Part shown: positions 43,070-57,977 of the stretch, one piece after another
How the letters are laid out: every line of letters starts with the position of its first letter
Position numbering within the stretch: position 1 is the stretch's first letter
Assembly (NCBI RefSeq): GCF_006345805.1
Contig: NC_043002.1
Location: forward strand, 39,122,001 to 39,186,000
Origin: Octopus sinensis
Lineage: Eukaryota
DNA length: 64,000 nucleotides
Direction: 5' to 3'
Notes under the pieces: model-generated
Told to the model about the DNA's origin: nothing
The model's database searches: none
What the model saw: only the letters and a program-made list of their open reading frames with translations
Translations under genes and position numbers: made by a program

Positions 43070-46000
43070 TATCCGATATGTAATTTCTTTTAAATAAAAC
43101 TACCTGGTCCAGGCGCAGTCTACTTAACTGTAAATAGATACATTTCACTGTTGCAAGTAACATTCCGTCGTACATCGTCAAAATAATCCTCCTTTTCATC
43201 ATCCAGAGCAGTGTAAAAATTGGCGATTGTTTTGTTATGTATAACTGGCAACCCTGTGTTTAAATTCGTTCCGCGAATATAGCTTGTAATGGAATGGGTT
43301 CCGTCAAGCTGACTCATTCTAGATCATTAGATGAAGATGAAGTTTTCGGCAGTTCTGCTTCAAACTAACATTTTATAGAACCCATTACCATCACCGTTAT
43401 ATGCATATATGTTCACTCACTTCAGGAGAAGATGAAACCATGTAGTTAAGATACTTCATATACTTCACCACGCCAATAATATTGTGTTTCGTACTTGAAA
43501 ATTCCGCTCACCTAGCTACTATCCAGTTATTATTTTATATGATCACTAGTGCGTGGATGGTGCGAGGAAAAATGGTATGCGTGTTCTAGAGAATGCTAAA
43601 TGTGCATTTTATTGGTACCAAAAATAAATCCAAGTAGATATATATTCGCTGTCATTGCAATTTTAATCAAGATAATATGGCCGATTATAACATAATGCTG
43701 TATGACATCATATAATATCTATGGTGTGATATTACTCTTGTCTAGAATAGATATATCTGGTGTACTTTTATCTAATCTAGTTGTACTGTAGTGTATTATA
43801 AGTATTATTGTTATCATTATTGATACTAATCATGCTGAAGATAGTGAATGTGGTTAGGCATGATATGGGCCGGGACTAAATGCCTTACAACAATTACTTA
43901 AGTCCTTCTAAGATTGTTCAAATCTCGTCAGAGTTGTCTTCGCTTTTCCCATTTCAGAAGTCGTTTAAACAAGTACCAGTTATAAATCTACTAATGCAGT
44001 AAATTATCAAAATTGGTGACCTTTTAACTTTTTTTTTTTACTTCTTTTTTTACCAATTCACCATCTTTTCTTTCAGTCGTTGGACAGCAGCCTTGGAGAG
44101 GTTAGTCGAACAAACTGACTCAAGTATTTAGTTTTTTTGCTTTTAAGTTTGGTATATATTGTATCAGACTCTTTTGCCGAACAGTTACGCTAGGTAAACG
44201 TAAGCAAACCAACACCAGTTGTCAAACGGTGAGGAGGAGACAAACGCGCGCGCACACACACACACACGTGTGTGTATGCAACGTGCCTCCACACCGTTTC
44301 CGCCAAACAAATTTATTCACAGGGCATTCTTCGGCCCAGAGAACTACAGTAGAGGACACTTTTTCAATGTACCGCGCAATGGAACTGAACCTGAGATCAG
44401 GTAGCTGCAAAACGAGCTTCTTAATCATACAACCGTATTTGCATCCAATTTTTGAAAAATAATTAAGTACAATGGAGTAAAAGGGCAAAAATCCATAGAA
44501 CACCGCCAATAATTGTTTCCCTAATTTCTGAGTTCAAATCCCGTATGAATCGGCTTTACATTCTACCGAAAGGCAGGATTGTGCGATTGCTCCTCTTCCC
44601 TTCAAAAGTGTAGTCAACCTCAAAAAAATATTTTTAATTAGTGTAGTAGTGAGGTGAAGTGATGGCAGAAATGCCTTGCCATATATTTAATTTTTAATCT
44701 CTTCAATATATTTGTTTCAATTCCACTGAGCTTTCCTTAAGGAGGTCAAGGAAATAACTACTTATTATATATAGCTTTAACATGTCAGTCTTGGTTGAGT
44801 GTACCTATGATCAAAGGCATTTCGACCAAGGCCATAACATCGTTTTTATGTATCTAGTACTAAACAAGCTAAAGTAGCCTAGCCATTTTAAAAGAGTATA
44901 GTATGATTTGAGAAATATAGCTGCTGTTTTGAGCAGCCACGTACAGATTGACTCGTTAGCTCAGAAAATAATCATTTATTATTCTATGAAGTAGATTAAC
45001 TTGACCGTATCTCTCTCCTTCAAACCAGTGGCTTCATCAAAGATATTTCGGAGAGCAATAAAGAAATAATTATCATCATGATTAAGACAGCAAGCTGGCA
45101 GAAGCGTCGGTGCAGCAGACAAAATGCATAACAGCATTTCTTCCAACTCTTTACGTTCAGAGTTCAAATACTGCCGAGGTCAACTTGCCTTTCTTTATTT
45201 CGGAGTCGATAAAATGAGTACCGGTAGAGCTGTAGAATTGATGTAACCGACTGCTCTGATACCTTCAAATTATTGGCTTTGAGACAAAATTAGAAACAAA
45301 AATATGTAAACATCGACCTAATATATGACTATAACTTTATTTTATTGAATTCGGATGGGTGAAAGGCAAAGCTGACTTCAACAGAACTTGAGCTCTGAAC
45401 GTTAAGGATCATTGCTCTGTTAGAACTCTTTTTTTGTTTAGAAGATTTCCAGTGGGACAGTACCTGTAAAAGTAACCTAATCACAGCACTTTCTAATAAA
45501 TAAATATAATAATAATAGCGATTATACACCGATACGTATACATTTCGTTAATACATATATATATACATATGTATACCCGAAAAAAAAAGCATCCCTTCCT
45601 ATTACTCTCCCTAGCTAAGTTCAAACTCACACTGCCTCTAAATGGCAGCTACTTTGCGTAAGTAATGAAACAAATTAGCCTGTTAGTTCAGCGACCTACT
45701 TTGAAGATATGTAATTATACGTGTGTGTTTGTCTTAGAGAGAGGGGTGGGGATTATACATCAGCAATTTTGTTCAATAAAGACCTGACACATTCTCTCTC
45801 ACTCCGGCTGAGAATAGTAACTAAAGCTATATTGAACAACAAAGTTCCTGATACACAAGCAACTGAGTTGCCATGACTGAAATATCTTTTTACCATAGTT
45901 ATGTTGAAGTACGAGTAATCTGACAATGCACAGCATTGACAAAGTTTACTTTGAGCCAGAGAGAGAAGACCACTGCACAAGCATTTAACTTACAACACAT

Positions 46001-46170
46001 AACAGCAAACAGTTCGGTAAAAATCTTGGGGAAGGAAACATAGGAAGAAACATGCATAGAACAACACCAATTTCCTTGGAGTCTGATCGTATATGTGTGT
46101 GTGTGCATGTATATGTATGTATATGCACATATATATATGAATGTATATACACGTAAAATCATATATATAT

Positions 46171-46466
46171 GTTAGTTAGTTAGTTAGTTAATTTGGCTCA
46201 AAAGCAAATAGCAAGGCCATGTAGGGGGACATGGAGTTAAGTACAGGGTGGTGTTCATGTAAAGAGTTCAGGCCACTTGAGGTCAAGGGAGGCTTTGAAC
46301 AAAGCGGTCGTCGGCATCTTCACCATCTCGTCTGGCAGCTTGTTCCACGGATCCGCAACCCGGACGGAGAAAGCTCCTCTCCTTCGATTGAGATGAAATC
46401 GTCGCAGGTAGAGCTTTTCGGAATGACCCCGCAGCCGACGCTCTGGAGCAGGAGTGAAGAACAGCT
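46171..46466 (-). mobile_element. CR1-clade LINE 3' end, apparently young
   Basis: Uninterrupted LFFTPAPERRLRGHSEKLYLRRFHLNRRRGAFSVRVADPWNKLPDEMVKMPTTALFKASLD, stop at 46257-46255, short 3' UTR and (TAAC)n tail. Confidence 0.88.
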
Positions 46467-47541
46467 ATTATATATTATATACAATATATATTATAATTTT
46501 GCTTAGCCATAGCAATATTAAAAATTAGCTGTTAGAGCTCAATATACTTATACTTTAGAGAAAAGCACTATGAGAGTACACAGAATAATATCAATTAATG
46601 AATAACAGAAGAACAGGAGTTACGTAATCGCTTTCATTAGTTTTACAGCTGTTTCTGGTACAAGAATCAATGTCCTCAAAGCTGAATACTTGTGCAACAT
46701 CATATACCTTCCTCGGAGCCATTAAAATGAAATATACATTTATTTTGAAAGCAGTTAAATATACATATGTGGATAGGCAGGTAGGTAGGTAGGTAGGTAG
46801 GTACATATCCCCGCAGGATAGCATTTCTTTTGGTATGTAAAACAAATCATTTGGTCTTGTGCAGTTTTGTAGAGCAAAGTATAATGTGAAAATATATTAC
46901 GATAACGCGATGCTTTGTGTGAGTTAATATGATATTCTCATAAGTAGAGTTGTGATGCTACTCCTTAACATTTTAATATAAGGTAACAGCGTATAGTTTG
47001 GCATCATATGATCTACTCTACTGTGTTGTTATGTTATTTCGCAATGCTAAATATATATTTAGATGAGATTTACACGTAGATGCTGTGTGTCATTTAAAGT
47101 CTACGGTTACTGAGACGTTTTGACATAGTACAAATGAATACATGTTGTACTGTTGTGCTCTGCTATTTTGTAATGTATGGCATGTAATGTATGGCATTGT
47201 TTTGTGTTGCGTGGTAAAATGTGACACAGTGATTAATAAAATAATTAATTATGTAAGTAGTGTTTGTATAAGAAGACTGAACCGCCGAAACCAACGACGT
47301 CGTTTCGAGTTCAGTTCTACTACACATCATGTTGAGCAAGTACCTTCTCCGTATCTTCTGTTCTTATCCCTGACCGACCGAATGCCCTGTGAGTGGATTT
47401 GGCGGACGGAAATTATGCGCAAGCCCATCGTATAAGGTGCCTGGTGTTAAAAGACCCGAAACGCCCTGGGACCCCAGAAACATCACTGACGATGTATCCC
47501 AGAGCATTCGCGAGATGTACCTTAAAACATGCAAATATCTG

Positions 47542-47599
<58 letters not shown>

Positions 47600-47614
47600 T
47601 TTTTATACAAAACC

Positions 47615-47669
47615 ATCACAAAAACTGTTACTCAGAATTTCACGTCTCCGTTCGTCCGACAGTTGTGAT
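47615..47669 (-). ncRNA. Type I hammerhead-like motif (U4G core variant)
   Basis: AUCACAACUGU-CGGACGA-ACG(GAGA)CGU-GAAA-UUCUGA-GUA^ACAGUUUUUGUGAU. Long stem I and GNRA-capped stem II, next to a (TA)n tract inside a SINE. Confidence 0.6.
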
Positions 47670-49037
47670 CAAGACTGGGTAACAATTTCTGCGATGTTGT
47701 TGTAACTTTAATTAAAAAAAAGCATATTACTCTACCCTCGGTATTCGAGCACTATTTCCACCCACCTTCTTTTGCATTTATGTGCATACTCGTGTGTATA
47801 TGTGTGTGTTTGTGTGTATGCGTGAGCCTATCTTTCTGATTGTTTTTGTTACCCTCCCAGATGTTTGACAATCGGTACTGGTTCGTTTATGTCCCTGTAA
47901 CTTAGCGGTTCAGTAAAAGAGACCGAATAGAATAAGTGCTGGCCTTAAAAAAAAAAACAGAAGTACTGGGGCCGACTTGTTCGATTAAAACCCTTCAAGA
48001 CGTTGCCCCAGCATGGCTGCGGTCCAATGACTAAAGTAAGTAAAAAAAAAATAAAAGACTTCAAAATATACCGACATGCTATGCAATGCAGGAGAGCATT
48101 GTTTGTTAGGGTCTTTTATAATGTTCTTCGTTAAGTAGTTTAGGACATTGCTAATAAAACAAGTAAAAGGATTAGATAATAAAGGACTACTTTAGATAAT
48201 AAGTTGCTACTATTAGCCATGTTCACCCGGCTACCACCAACACCTTATCATTGAGTAGCTTCAGCGAAGTATACTTTATTCAATGTTGCAATCATGCAGG
48301 TCACATCTCCAGTCGGGATATACCATCCCCTCCTTTCTTCTCACTTATCAGTCCCGGAGATCTAGAAAAAAGTATCACGTACACTGCACAGAAAATTATA
48401 TACTGTTCTGGATAGTGTATCACGTAATACAACACTAAGTAAAAGTGATCAGTTAATTAAACAAGGGACCGTTTACATGGACACTCAGTGTGCTTAAAAT
48501 AGCAGCCAAAACTCTGTCAAATTACGTCCTGCCATCTTAAACAAAAATCAAACATGGATAATATGGTCATTGGATATATTAGATGTGATGAAAGATGGGA
48601 TGGACACAGTTGGAAGCTGGGGGCATTTGACTATAGGTTTTGAGAATCAAAATTGATATGGGTTGATCAAAACAACAGCTGACCAGTTTTTCAATATCGC
48701 ATGAAACATGCTTATATATATAATATGTAACATTATAACATGTCCATAACTTACTTTTGCAATTTGAAAAATTGTTATAATTTATTGGAAAACATAAGCA
48801 AACAAATAGCGTTTTTTTATAAGAAACAGGAGAATGTGTGCTCCATTGATTGCATGCAACCTGCTGAGTTAACCTTTTTTCCTAATTTTTTTTTTCCGGA
48901 TTGTAAAAGTAAGTTATTGACAGCCTGTGTGTGTATACATATACACATACACACACAACTATAAATTTATGCGTAGATAACATATTTACCGATAGATAGA
49001 TAAAAACTCATATAATCGTATATGCATGCAGATATAG

Positions 49038-49102
<65 letters not shown>

Positions 49103-49878
49103 TGCATATATAAAATTACACACACACATATACATGTTTGTACGCACACACTAACACTAGACACAGACTCTGTGTTTGTATGTGTGTGGAATGATATTCT
49201 AAAGATAGTATTTGACTTGACATCAATATGGCATCCGGTCGGCGGGCCTGGTCTGTTTGCCACACTTACAGACGATCAGATAAAACTATTTAAGTTGAAC
49301 AATGCCAGCCAACAACACACAGCTGGTCTGTAATGTTGTTAGTAAACAAAGCTACGTATGGAATAAAAACTCTCTCACTCAACTCTTTTTAAAAACATCC
49401 CTGATTTTGGCATGTATGGCTAGCAGAAACGATAGTTATATTAGTACCAAGATATGCTTGTAGGTAAGAAAGATAGGTAGGTAGGTATGTAGGTAGCTAG
49501 CTACGTAGCTAGGTTGGTAGGTCATTACTTTTTTTTCCTTTTGGTTTTCTTTTCCTTAGTTGGTTCCAACCCTTGTGGAACAATTTCTGTCCTGGAAAAC
49601 CGCCATGTTTCAGAAACATTCGTAGGAAAATACGCAAATAGATAGAGAGAGGAAGAAAGAGAGACACACAGATGTAGACAGATTTCATTGATTTAATATG
49701 TATACACGTGTAACACAAGATATAGACATGAACATACATAGATACGCATGTGTGTGTATGTGCATTTGTGCTTATACATACATATGCATGCATACATATG
49801 TCTATATAATATACGCATATATATATACGCAGATGTTTATATATATATATGTATGCATGTATATATATATATGCATAT

Positions 49879-49909
<31 letters not shown>

Positions 49910-49915
49910 GCATAT

Positions 49916-49965
<50 letters not shown>

Positions 49966-49997
49966 TTATCACACACACACACACAGGTGTTTATATA

Positions 49998-50046
<49 letters not shown>

Positions 50047-50149
50047 CTGTACGATACCTCTGTTTGTGCATTTGTGTTTATGTGTGTGGATGCATACGCA
50101 TATTTATTTGTTATATGCAAGTGTATTGCATGTGTATACTCATTATTAT

Positions 50150-50192
<43 letters not shown>

Positions 50193-50219
50193 CGAAACAA
50201 TAGCGAAATATCAACGTAC

Positions 50220-50318
50220 CTTGAGAACTTGCAATGGGTTGGGACCACCTCCTTGTAGCCTGAAGCCCCATGGTGCTCCGCCGTCAAGGGTGACGGTTAA
50301 AATCCCAGTACTGATCAT
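50220..50318 (-). CDS. Coding exon for the N-terminal part of a PDZ domain (synaptopodin-2/Shroom/PDLIM-type protein)
   Basis: Minus strand reads [33 protein letters not shown], then a phase-0 donor AAG|[23 protein letters not shown] is the carboxylate-binding-loop signature at the N-terminus of SYNPO2/Shroom/PDLIM PDZ domains. The frame stays open upstream to a TGA at 50426-50424. Not in the ORF track. Confidence 0.88.
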
Positions 50319-51665
50319 GATCCTGTCAAGTTCCAAAAATCTAGTAGCCAAAGAGTACTTGGATTCTCTATCTTCGAATAGATTGAACTGTTCCGATAAA
50401 TCCCTCTTTTCCTCTCGGCGCTGTCAAGTTATCAAAACTATAATTGCTTCCTGGGGAACAAAATATGGTTTTAATCTAAACTCAATTCGCCTGTTTCCTT
50501 TGCAAATATTTATTGTTAATATTATTGTAAATGCAACTAATTAGTCATGCTAAATTGCAAGAAATTTATTGATTAATTATTTGCTAATTAATTACATATT
50601 AAAATTTTCTAGGAAGTTTCTTCTGTCTTGTTATTTTTTTTTTCAATGCACCCCCCCAAATGGAACAAATTGGAGAAACTTTGTTAATCGAATAACAAAG
50701 TGTGCTATATATATATTTAGGGGGTTATTTTGTTGTTCACAGTCGCCTTTTTTTCCGTTTTTTGGTATTTGTTATTTCTGTTTTTGAGTTGTTTTTCTTT
50801 ACTTTTGTTACTAGATTTTTGGGGTGGGGATCGCGAAAAAATTGATATTAAAAAAAAATTTATCAGCTGAGGCCGGCTAATGGTGGTAAGAGTATGGCGT
50901 CGGCGGCTTGAAAGAGATCTTGTTCAAGAAGAAGAAGAAATATTCTAGGGGGTGGCAGTGTTGACTACCTTCCACGCAAAGTAACGTCATTCCATCTTGA
51001 TGTTGGGTAGCAGGAATGGATTTTCTGTGGCTGCTGTGCTTTCTCACTATCTGCTATGCTACCTACTCTGGGCTTTTTGCTTCTCTACAGGTAACAGAAA
51101 CCTCGGTTCAGCACTGTAGAGTGGGGTGGTGTTGGAGGGTAACGGCGTGTTAGTGCTGACTGCGGTGTTGGTAGTTGTGGGTGTTTGGTAGTGCCGATAA
51201 GGATGGCGGTGGTGAGGGTAGAGTGTACTGCAAGCGATGGTGGCGGTAGTGGCGGTGGTGGCTGAAGGCAGGGTGTAGTGCAAGTGCTGGTATTGCTGTC
51301 GATTGAGGGTGCTGGCGGCGGTGGTGGTAGCAGAGAATGCTTAAGCAGAAGAAATCGTCAGCCAACTGCTAATAGAACTTTTTACTCCCTTTTGGAAGAT
51401 AGGGTAGGGTGGGTGAATGTGTGAAGCAGTGTTAGTAAAGAACGGTGATAAAGAAATAAAAGTTTTTTTTTTTTTTATGATGATAAGGTTGAAGACACTA
51501 AGTTCGAAGTAAGGTGGAGTCCTACAGGGAGAGACGTGGAGACGGCAGAGACAGCAGCAATACTAGCAGCAACGACAGCAACAACAGCCACAACAGCGTC
51601 AGCAGCAGCAGCGAGAGTAACTGTTATAAAATGGTAGTTCCACAGACGGAAAACACCAACCGGCT
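50319..51665 (-). other. Probable long 5' UTR portion of the PDZ-gene exon
   Basis: Strong minus-strand acceptor TTTTTCTTCATATTTCTTTTACAG|AGCCGG at 51666/51665. The transposon-free, locally GC-richer sequence with GCT/CCA runs leads to the ATG at 50318. A weaker acceptor TTGACAG| lies at 50421. Confidence 0.45.
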
Positions 51666-52217
51666 CTGTAAAAGAAATATGAAGAAAAAGTGAAAATACA
51701 CACAGACAGGGAATGGAAATTTATTAGTATCGAAGTTTTGGTCTGTAACTTGCTAAAAGCAAAAACTAGGATAAGACTTTAGAATTGAACAGAGCAGAAG
51801 CAGAGTCGAAAAGTTCTCGAGTGTTTATTTACTTAAGATTAGCAAACCTGGAAATTTCATCAAAATTGAAATTATAGGAGTTGTTAGTGTAACTCTTATA
51901 GCATAATCTAATATTAAATGCATTCACTTCACTTGCCAATTCTTCTGCTCTTTGGTGTCATGGTGCAGCGATAAATTTTGGGCGAATTACGACTTCATTT
52001 CAATTTCCAGTTGAGATTGCATACAATTTTGCTTATGTCTTTAGGGGGAAAAAACTGCATAATTTTATATCATCGCAGAACATTTTCTTTTTAGATCTAA
52101 GATAAGGCAAAGCTTTACAGTGTAAGAAATCAATATTACGTATACCGTCTAGACAAACACTTTATTTGAAACTATACAACAACTACAGCAACAACGTTAT
52201 TAGTACTGTTGGAAATA

Positions 52218-52815
52218 TGGCAAACTTGCAGAACCGTTATCTCGCCGGACAAAATGCTTAGCAGCATGTCGTCCGTCTGAGCTCAAATTCCGCCGAATTA
52301 GCCTTTCATCCTTTCAAGATCGTTAAAATAAGTACCAGTTAAGTACTGGCGATCGATGTAATCGTCTTACCACACCCCCTTGCGCCAAAATTTTAAGCCA
52401 ATATTATTATTATTGTTGGAACGATAACGAGCAGGCAGAAACGGTAACTCGAAGGACAAAATGCTTAACGGCATTTCGTCCGTCTTTACGTTCTGAACTC
52501 AAATTCCGCCGAGGTCGATTTTTGCCTTTCGGGGTCGATTAAATAAGTACCAGTTACGCACTGGGGTCGATATAATCGACTTAATCCGTTTGTCTGTCCT
52601 TGTTTGTCCGCTCTGTGTTTAGCCCTTTGTGGGTAGTAAAGAAATAGGCATTTCGTCCGTCTTTACGTCCTGGACTCAAATTCCGCCGAGGTCGATTTTG
52701 CCTTTCATCCTTTCGGGGTCGACAGAATAAACACCTATCAAGTACTGGGTTTGATGTAATCGAATTCACCCTCCCACCAAAATCTGTCGGTCCTGTGCCA
52801 CAAATTGAAACTATT
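52218..52815 (+). mobile_element. Cluster of family C SINEs
   Basis: Three partial or nested copies of the same motif set. Confidence 0.8.
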
Positions 52816-54228
52816 ATTGGTACTTTTACAGGTTTTACAGACCGATGGTAAGCTCTAGGCGAACCAAAGCAGAGACTCTGTTGTGATTCACAACTGGCGT
52901 TTGAATCACTCACATCACATGAAGGCATGCATGATACAATAACCCACTTTAGGTATAGCTGTGGTGCAAGAAATTCGCTTCCCAGCAACGAGATTTCCAG
53001 TTTAATTCCACTGCACAGTGCTTAGGCAAGTGTTTTCTGTTAGCTACAGGTTGAACAATGCCGTGTGAAGAAAATTTCATCTACAGAAGCTGTATGGAAG
53101 ACTGACGTGTGGAGGTAAGGGAGAAAGCCATACTCGATGGCGAGAAATCGCCCATAAATTGGTGCGTCGAACAAAATATACTGTGTGATATTCACTTCGC
53201 CTAAGTTTCACTCGTTCGAAACTTGTAACCAACTCTGCTGTTGTTCATAAAATGTATGGTATAAAATAAAAACAGAAATATAAGCGACATGACAGAGCGT
53301 AAACAAGTAGGAATTTAAATTGGGATGCAAATATAATACCTGCGGAGCTCAGTTATGAGGTGCGATGTTTGAGAAAAATGTGTTCCCTGATAGTGCATGC
53401 TAACTTGGAGTCTAGAGTGGGTTGCTGTGCAGGGTGGACTGTGTGCCTTTCCTCGGAGTACTTTTTATATTCTATCTTTTATCTGTTTCAGCCATGGGAT
53501 TGCAGCCTTTCTGGGACACCGCCTTGAAGGAGTCTTTTTTTTTTCTGTCGAATATATCGTCCCCAGTACTTATGCTATTTTTAAAAGGCTGGTACTTACT
53601 CTATCGGTGTCTTTTGCAGAAGGCTTTGCTACGAGGGACGTAAACAAACCAACACCAGTTGTCAATCTGTTAGAAGCGTGATAATCATACACACACACAC
53701 CCACACGTTTCCACACAGTTTCCCTCAACCAAATTCACTCACAAGACATCAGCCGGCCCTGGGTTTATTATACTAAGAAGACATTTCCCCCAGAGTGCCA
53801 CGCTGTGGGATTGAACCTGAAACCATGTAGTTTGCAAGTAAGGTTAATGAAAGTGAAACTGCTTCAATCAGAAATTTGATACTCAGTCGTGGAACTAACA
53901 GAATGGGAGACTACCACTTTACATAGCTACTCACTACTCTCTGCTGACGAAACACTACGTAGTTGTTTGATCTGCTAAGAATAATTCAAACCAAATCTCA
54001 CTCAAATTGCACACGTGAATGTCTTTAACAAATGAAAGTCATATTAGATACACCATGTCTGAAATTATATAGTCAGGGTGATCATGGCTTGTATATCTTA
54101 TTGTTCATAAGGCGGCGAACTGGAAGAAACGTTAGCACGCCGGGCGAAATGCGTAGCGGTATTCCGCCTGTCTTTACGTTCTAAGTTCAAATTCTGCCGA
54201 GGTCGACTTTGCCTTTATCCTTTCGAGG

Positions 54229-54301
54229 ATATGTTGCATGGACCCCCAAAAAATTTATATGGAGCCCCAGTGGCCATATGGACCCTGGTTGAGAACCACT
54301 G
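54229..54301. mobile_element. hAT-Charlie-like transposon end
   Basis: Ends in GGTTGAGAACCACTG, the complement of the CAGTGGTTCTCAACC terminal repeat typical of Charlie-group elements. No partner end seen. Confidence 0.5.
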
Positions 54302-55612
54302 CCTTAGAGAAATGGAAAGCAAAAATCAATCTGCCATGGGGTTTGAATTCAGAACTTATATGAAGACATATTAACACCATAAAGTATCCAACAGTTTCTG
54401 CTCCAGCATCCCCCTCAACACAACAGCTTATAATTGCAATAATGGAAAAATTAGGATCACTTTATGCGATTGCAAGTCGAAGTGACCGTCGCCTGATATC
54501 TATTATGCATCATGGAGTTTTAGTTCAATTCTGCGGCAAGAAATATGCTCACACGATATACTTAAGGTGCAAATGATGTGTAGTTTCTCTGCGCGTCATA
54601 TATCGTAGCACTTTGAACCGTTCTAAATGCTGCTGAGGAAAATACTAGTGGCCTCATTTTTGTCTCTCAATTTCCAAATATATTATAATAGTGCTACAGC
54701 GATTAATGAAGAGCTTTTGTGCTGGTGCAGGTGATATCTGAAGGCGTAATCTATTAGCATTACATATCTTGTTTGTGTATAAGGTTGCTATAGACACCAG
54801 TACGGTATATAATAGTTTTCACTATTTGCTTTTCAGCTTTAAAAAAACTATATCTTTCGTAACATTCCAGCTCTGCAGATTTGCTATCTTTAATTGGCAG
54901 CTAATTGGAGGGGTAAGGTGGTTAATTGATAGAGTTTTTAAAGCGTCAGGCTGAATGCTTTGCAGTATTTTTCTAACACTCTGCGCTCTGAGATCAAATT
55001 CCACTGTTCTCAACTTTGTCTTTCATCCTTTGGGGGTCGATAAATTAGATACTAATCTGAGGCAGTAGATTGGTGAAATTGTCAGAGAGATCGACAGGAT
55101 GCCTTGTGGTACTTGTCCTGTATTTTGTACGTTCTAGATTCAAGTCTTGCCCCCTGTTATCGGAAAGCAGAAAAAAAAACGATGATACTACTGTTAAGAG
55201 TTATGACTGAACATATAGTATCAAAAATAGAAAAACTCGGTACGATCGGGAGATCGGCTGCCATCAGCATCAGCATCACCATCGCCACAACCATCACCAT
55301 CATCACCACCACCATCACCACAGATGTCAGATACCTTCGAGCTACGCATGCTTGTAATATGTTTGCATTGTAGATTTCAGTTACACAAGAACACTTGACA
55401 CGTTTTTCATGCAGCTGAAGGACATTTATACAAACCAACGTATACACACAAATACATATATATATGAATACACACATTCACATTCACGCATAGGCACACA
55501 CACACACACTCGTATCAATATCATATGAGCGCCGTAAAGGTGATGTTACAAGAGCAAATTATAAGTAATGTGAGTTTTTATACAGTTTTGTAAAACAATA
55601 GAATAACATACA

Positions 55613-55843
55613 TATTTCTTTATTGCCCACAGGGGGCTAAATACAGAGGGGACAAACAAGGACAGACAAAGGGATTAAGTCGATTACATCGACCCCAGTG
55701 CGAAACTGGTACTTTATCTATCGACCCCGAAAGGATGAAAGGCAAAGTTGACCTCGGAGAATTTGAACTCAGAACGTAACGACAGACGAAATACCGCTAA
55801 GCATTTCGCCCGGCGCGCTAACGTGTCTGCCAGCTCGCGGCCT
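55613..55843 (-). mobile_element. SINE family C with TSD
   Basis: GAGTTCAAATTC B box and GCCTTTCATCCTTTCGGGGTCGAT central domain; 15-bp TSD ATAGAATAACATACA at 55598-55612 and 55844-55858. Confidence 0.9.
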
Positions 55844-56157
55844 ATAGAATAACATACAATCAAACGAAATGGTTACAATAAGAACAGTCAGGAGACCCTT
55901 ACAGATCCCAGTTTAGCCTGACGATCAAGGGCAAGTCGTCACATCCAATGTGATCGACAGCTGCCTGTTTTTGAGTGGCGCCCGCCTCATCGAAACATGT
56001 GGAACGATTAAAACAAAGACGAATGTGACGATTGGATTCGAACTCGTAGCTTAAACGGACGTAACTAAATACTGCCAGACGTTTTTATCCGTCGCTCTGC
56101 TCTTACTCTCACAATCCACGCCTGTACTAATCTTCACTTATAATGCTAGTAAAGACA

Positions 56158-56860
<703 letters not shown>

Positions 56861-57037
56861 TTGCACATTTTGTACGTTAAATTTTTAATGTAAAATGGTG
56901 CAAGTCCAAAAGCAACAAATACATAAACACTCACACCTCATCATACATATTCAAGCCTACACAAGCAGATGCCAGCTTAGTGTATCACACATGATAACAT
57001 ACATTTGCAGTGGTGCTCACACGCAAGTAAATACCTC

Positions 57038-57072
<35 letters not shown>

Positions 57073-57353
57073 GCACACATACACACATACATACATACAT
57101 ACTACATACATACATACATACTACATACATACATACATACATACATACATACACTCGCAGAGAAACACACAGACATTGAGTCATTCGTACTTATATAAAA
57201 GATGTGTTCTTTTTTGTGGCCGTTCGACCTGCTAGAAATAGCAGCAAACGCTTTTGTCAGATCACACTTTAGCCATTTTAAAAACAAATCGGAAGGTTAT
57301 ATCAAGTAATATAGTCCTATACATATTTTGATATATGCTTGTTTGCATGTGTG

Positions 57354-57455
<102 letters not shown>

Positions 57456-57698
57456 AGCAAAAATTTAGATTCAAATGAATATGGTACTTAATTTAGATGC
57501 ACCAGAATTCTGTAAGGTGTTATCCATAAAAATCCGTGGGGTGATTATAATCAAAATAAACAACAAGAATGACTCCGGTAATTTGGTATGTATGTATGTA
57601 TTTATGTATGTATGTATGTATGTATGTATGCATGAATTACGGAGATGTACTTACATAGTAAGTGGCTTGATCTGAGTTCGCGTGCTGAAACAAAAAAA

Positions 57699-57977
57699 AA
57701 TTGCAGCGTGGAAGATGTTTATAAGCCATTTAAAAACACAAAATTAAAACCATTAGATTCACTTCAACATCTAAATTTTATTTGTGTCAAAATATTTTCG
57801 TCGCTTTGAAACTGCGACACATTCACTGACAAAAGTTAATGCAGCACGAAATTTTGTCAGTGAACAGGTCGCGGTTTCAAAGCGACGGAAATATTTTGAC
57901 ACAAATTGAATTTAAATGTTGAAGTGGATCTAATGGTTTTATTTTTGTGTTTTTTAAATAGCTTCCACGCTGCAATT
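57699..57977. repeat. Imperfect palindrome (~130-bp arms) with mirror-image (TATG)n/(CATA)n tracts outside it
   Basis: Arms at 57699-57834 and 57852-57977 are reverse complements. Each contains GUCAG-(7 nt)-GUCGC..GCGAC-GAAA(or GGAA)-AUAUU-UUGAC. Confidence 0.8.

Noticed and set aside
43120-43317. 65-aa ORF with an acidic patch (LDDEKEDYFDD), possible exon or LINE endonuclease relic
   Set aside because: No recognisable domain and no convincing splice sites.
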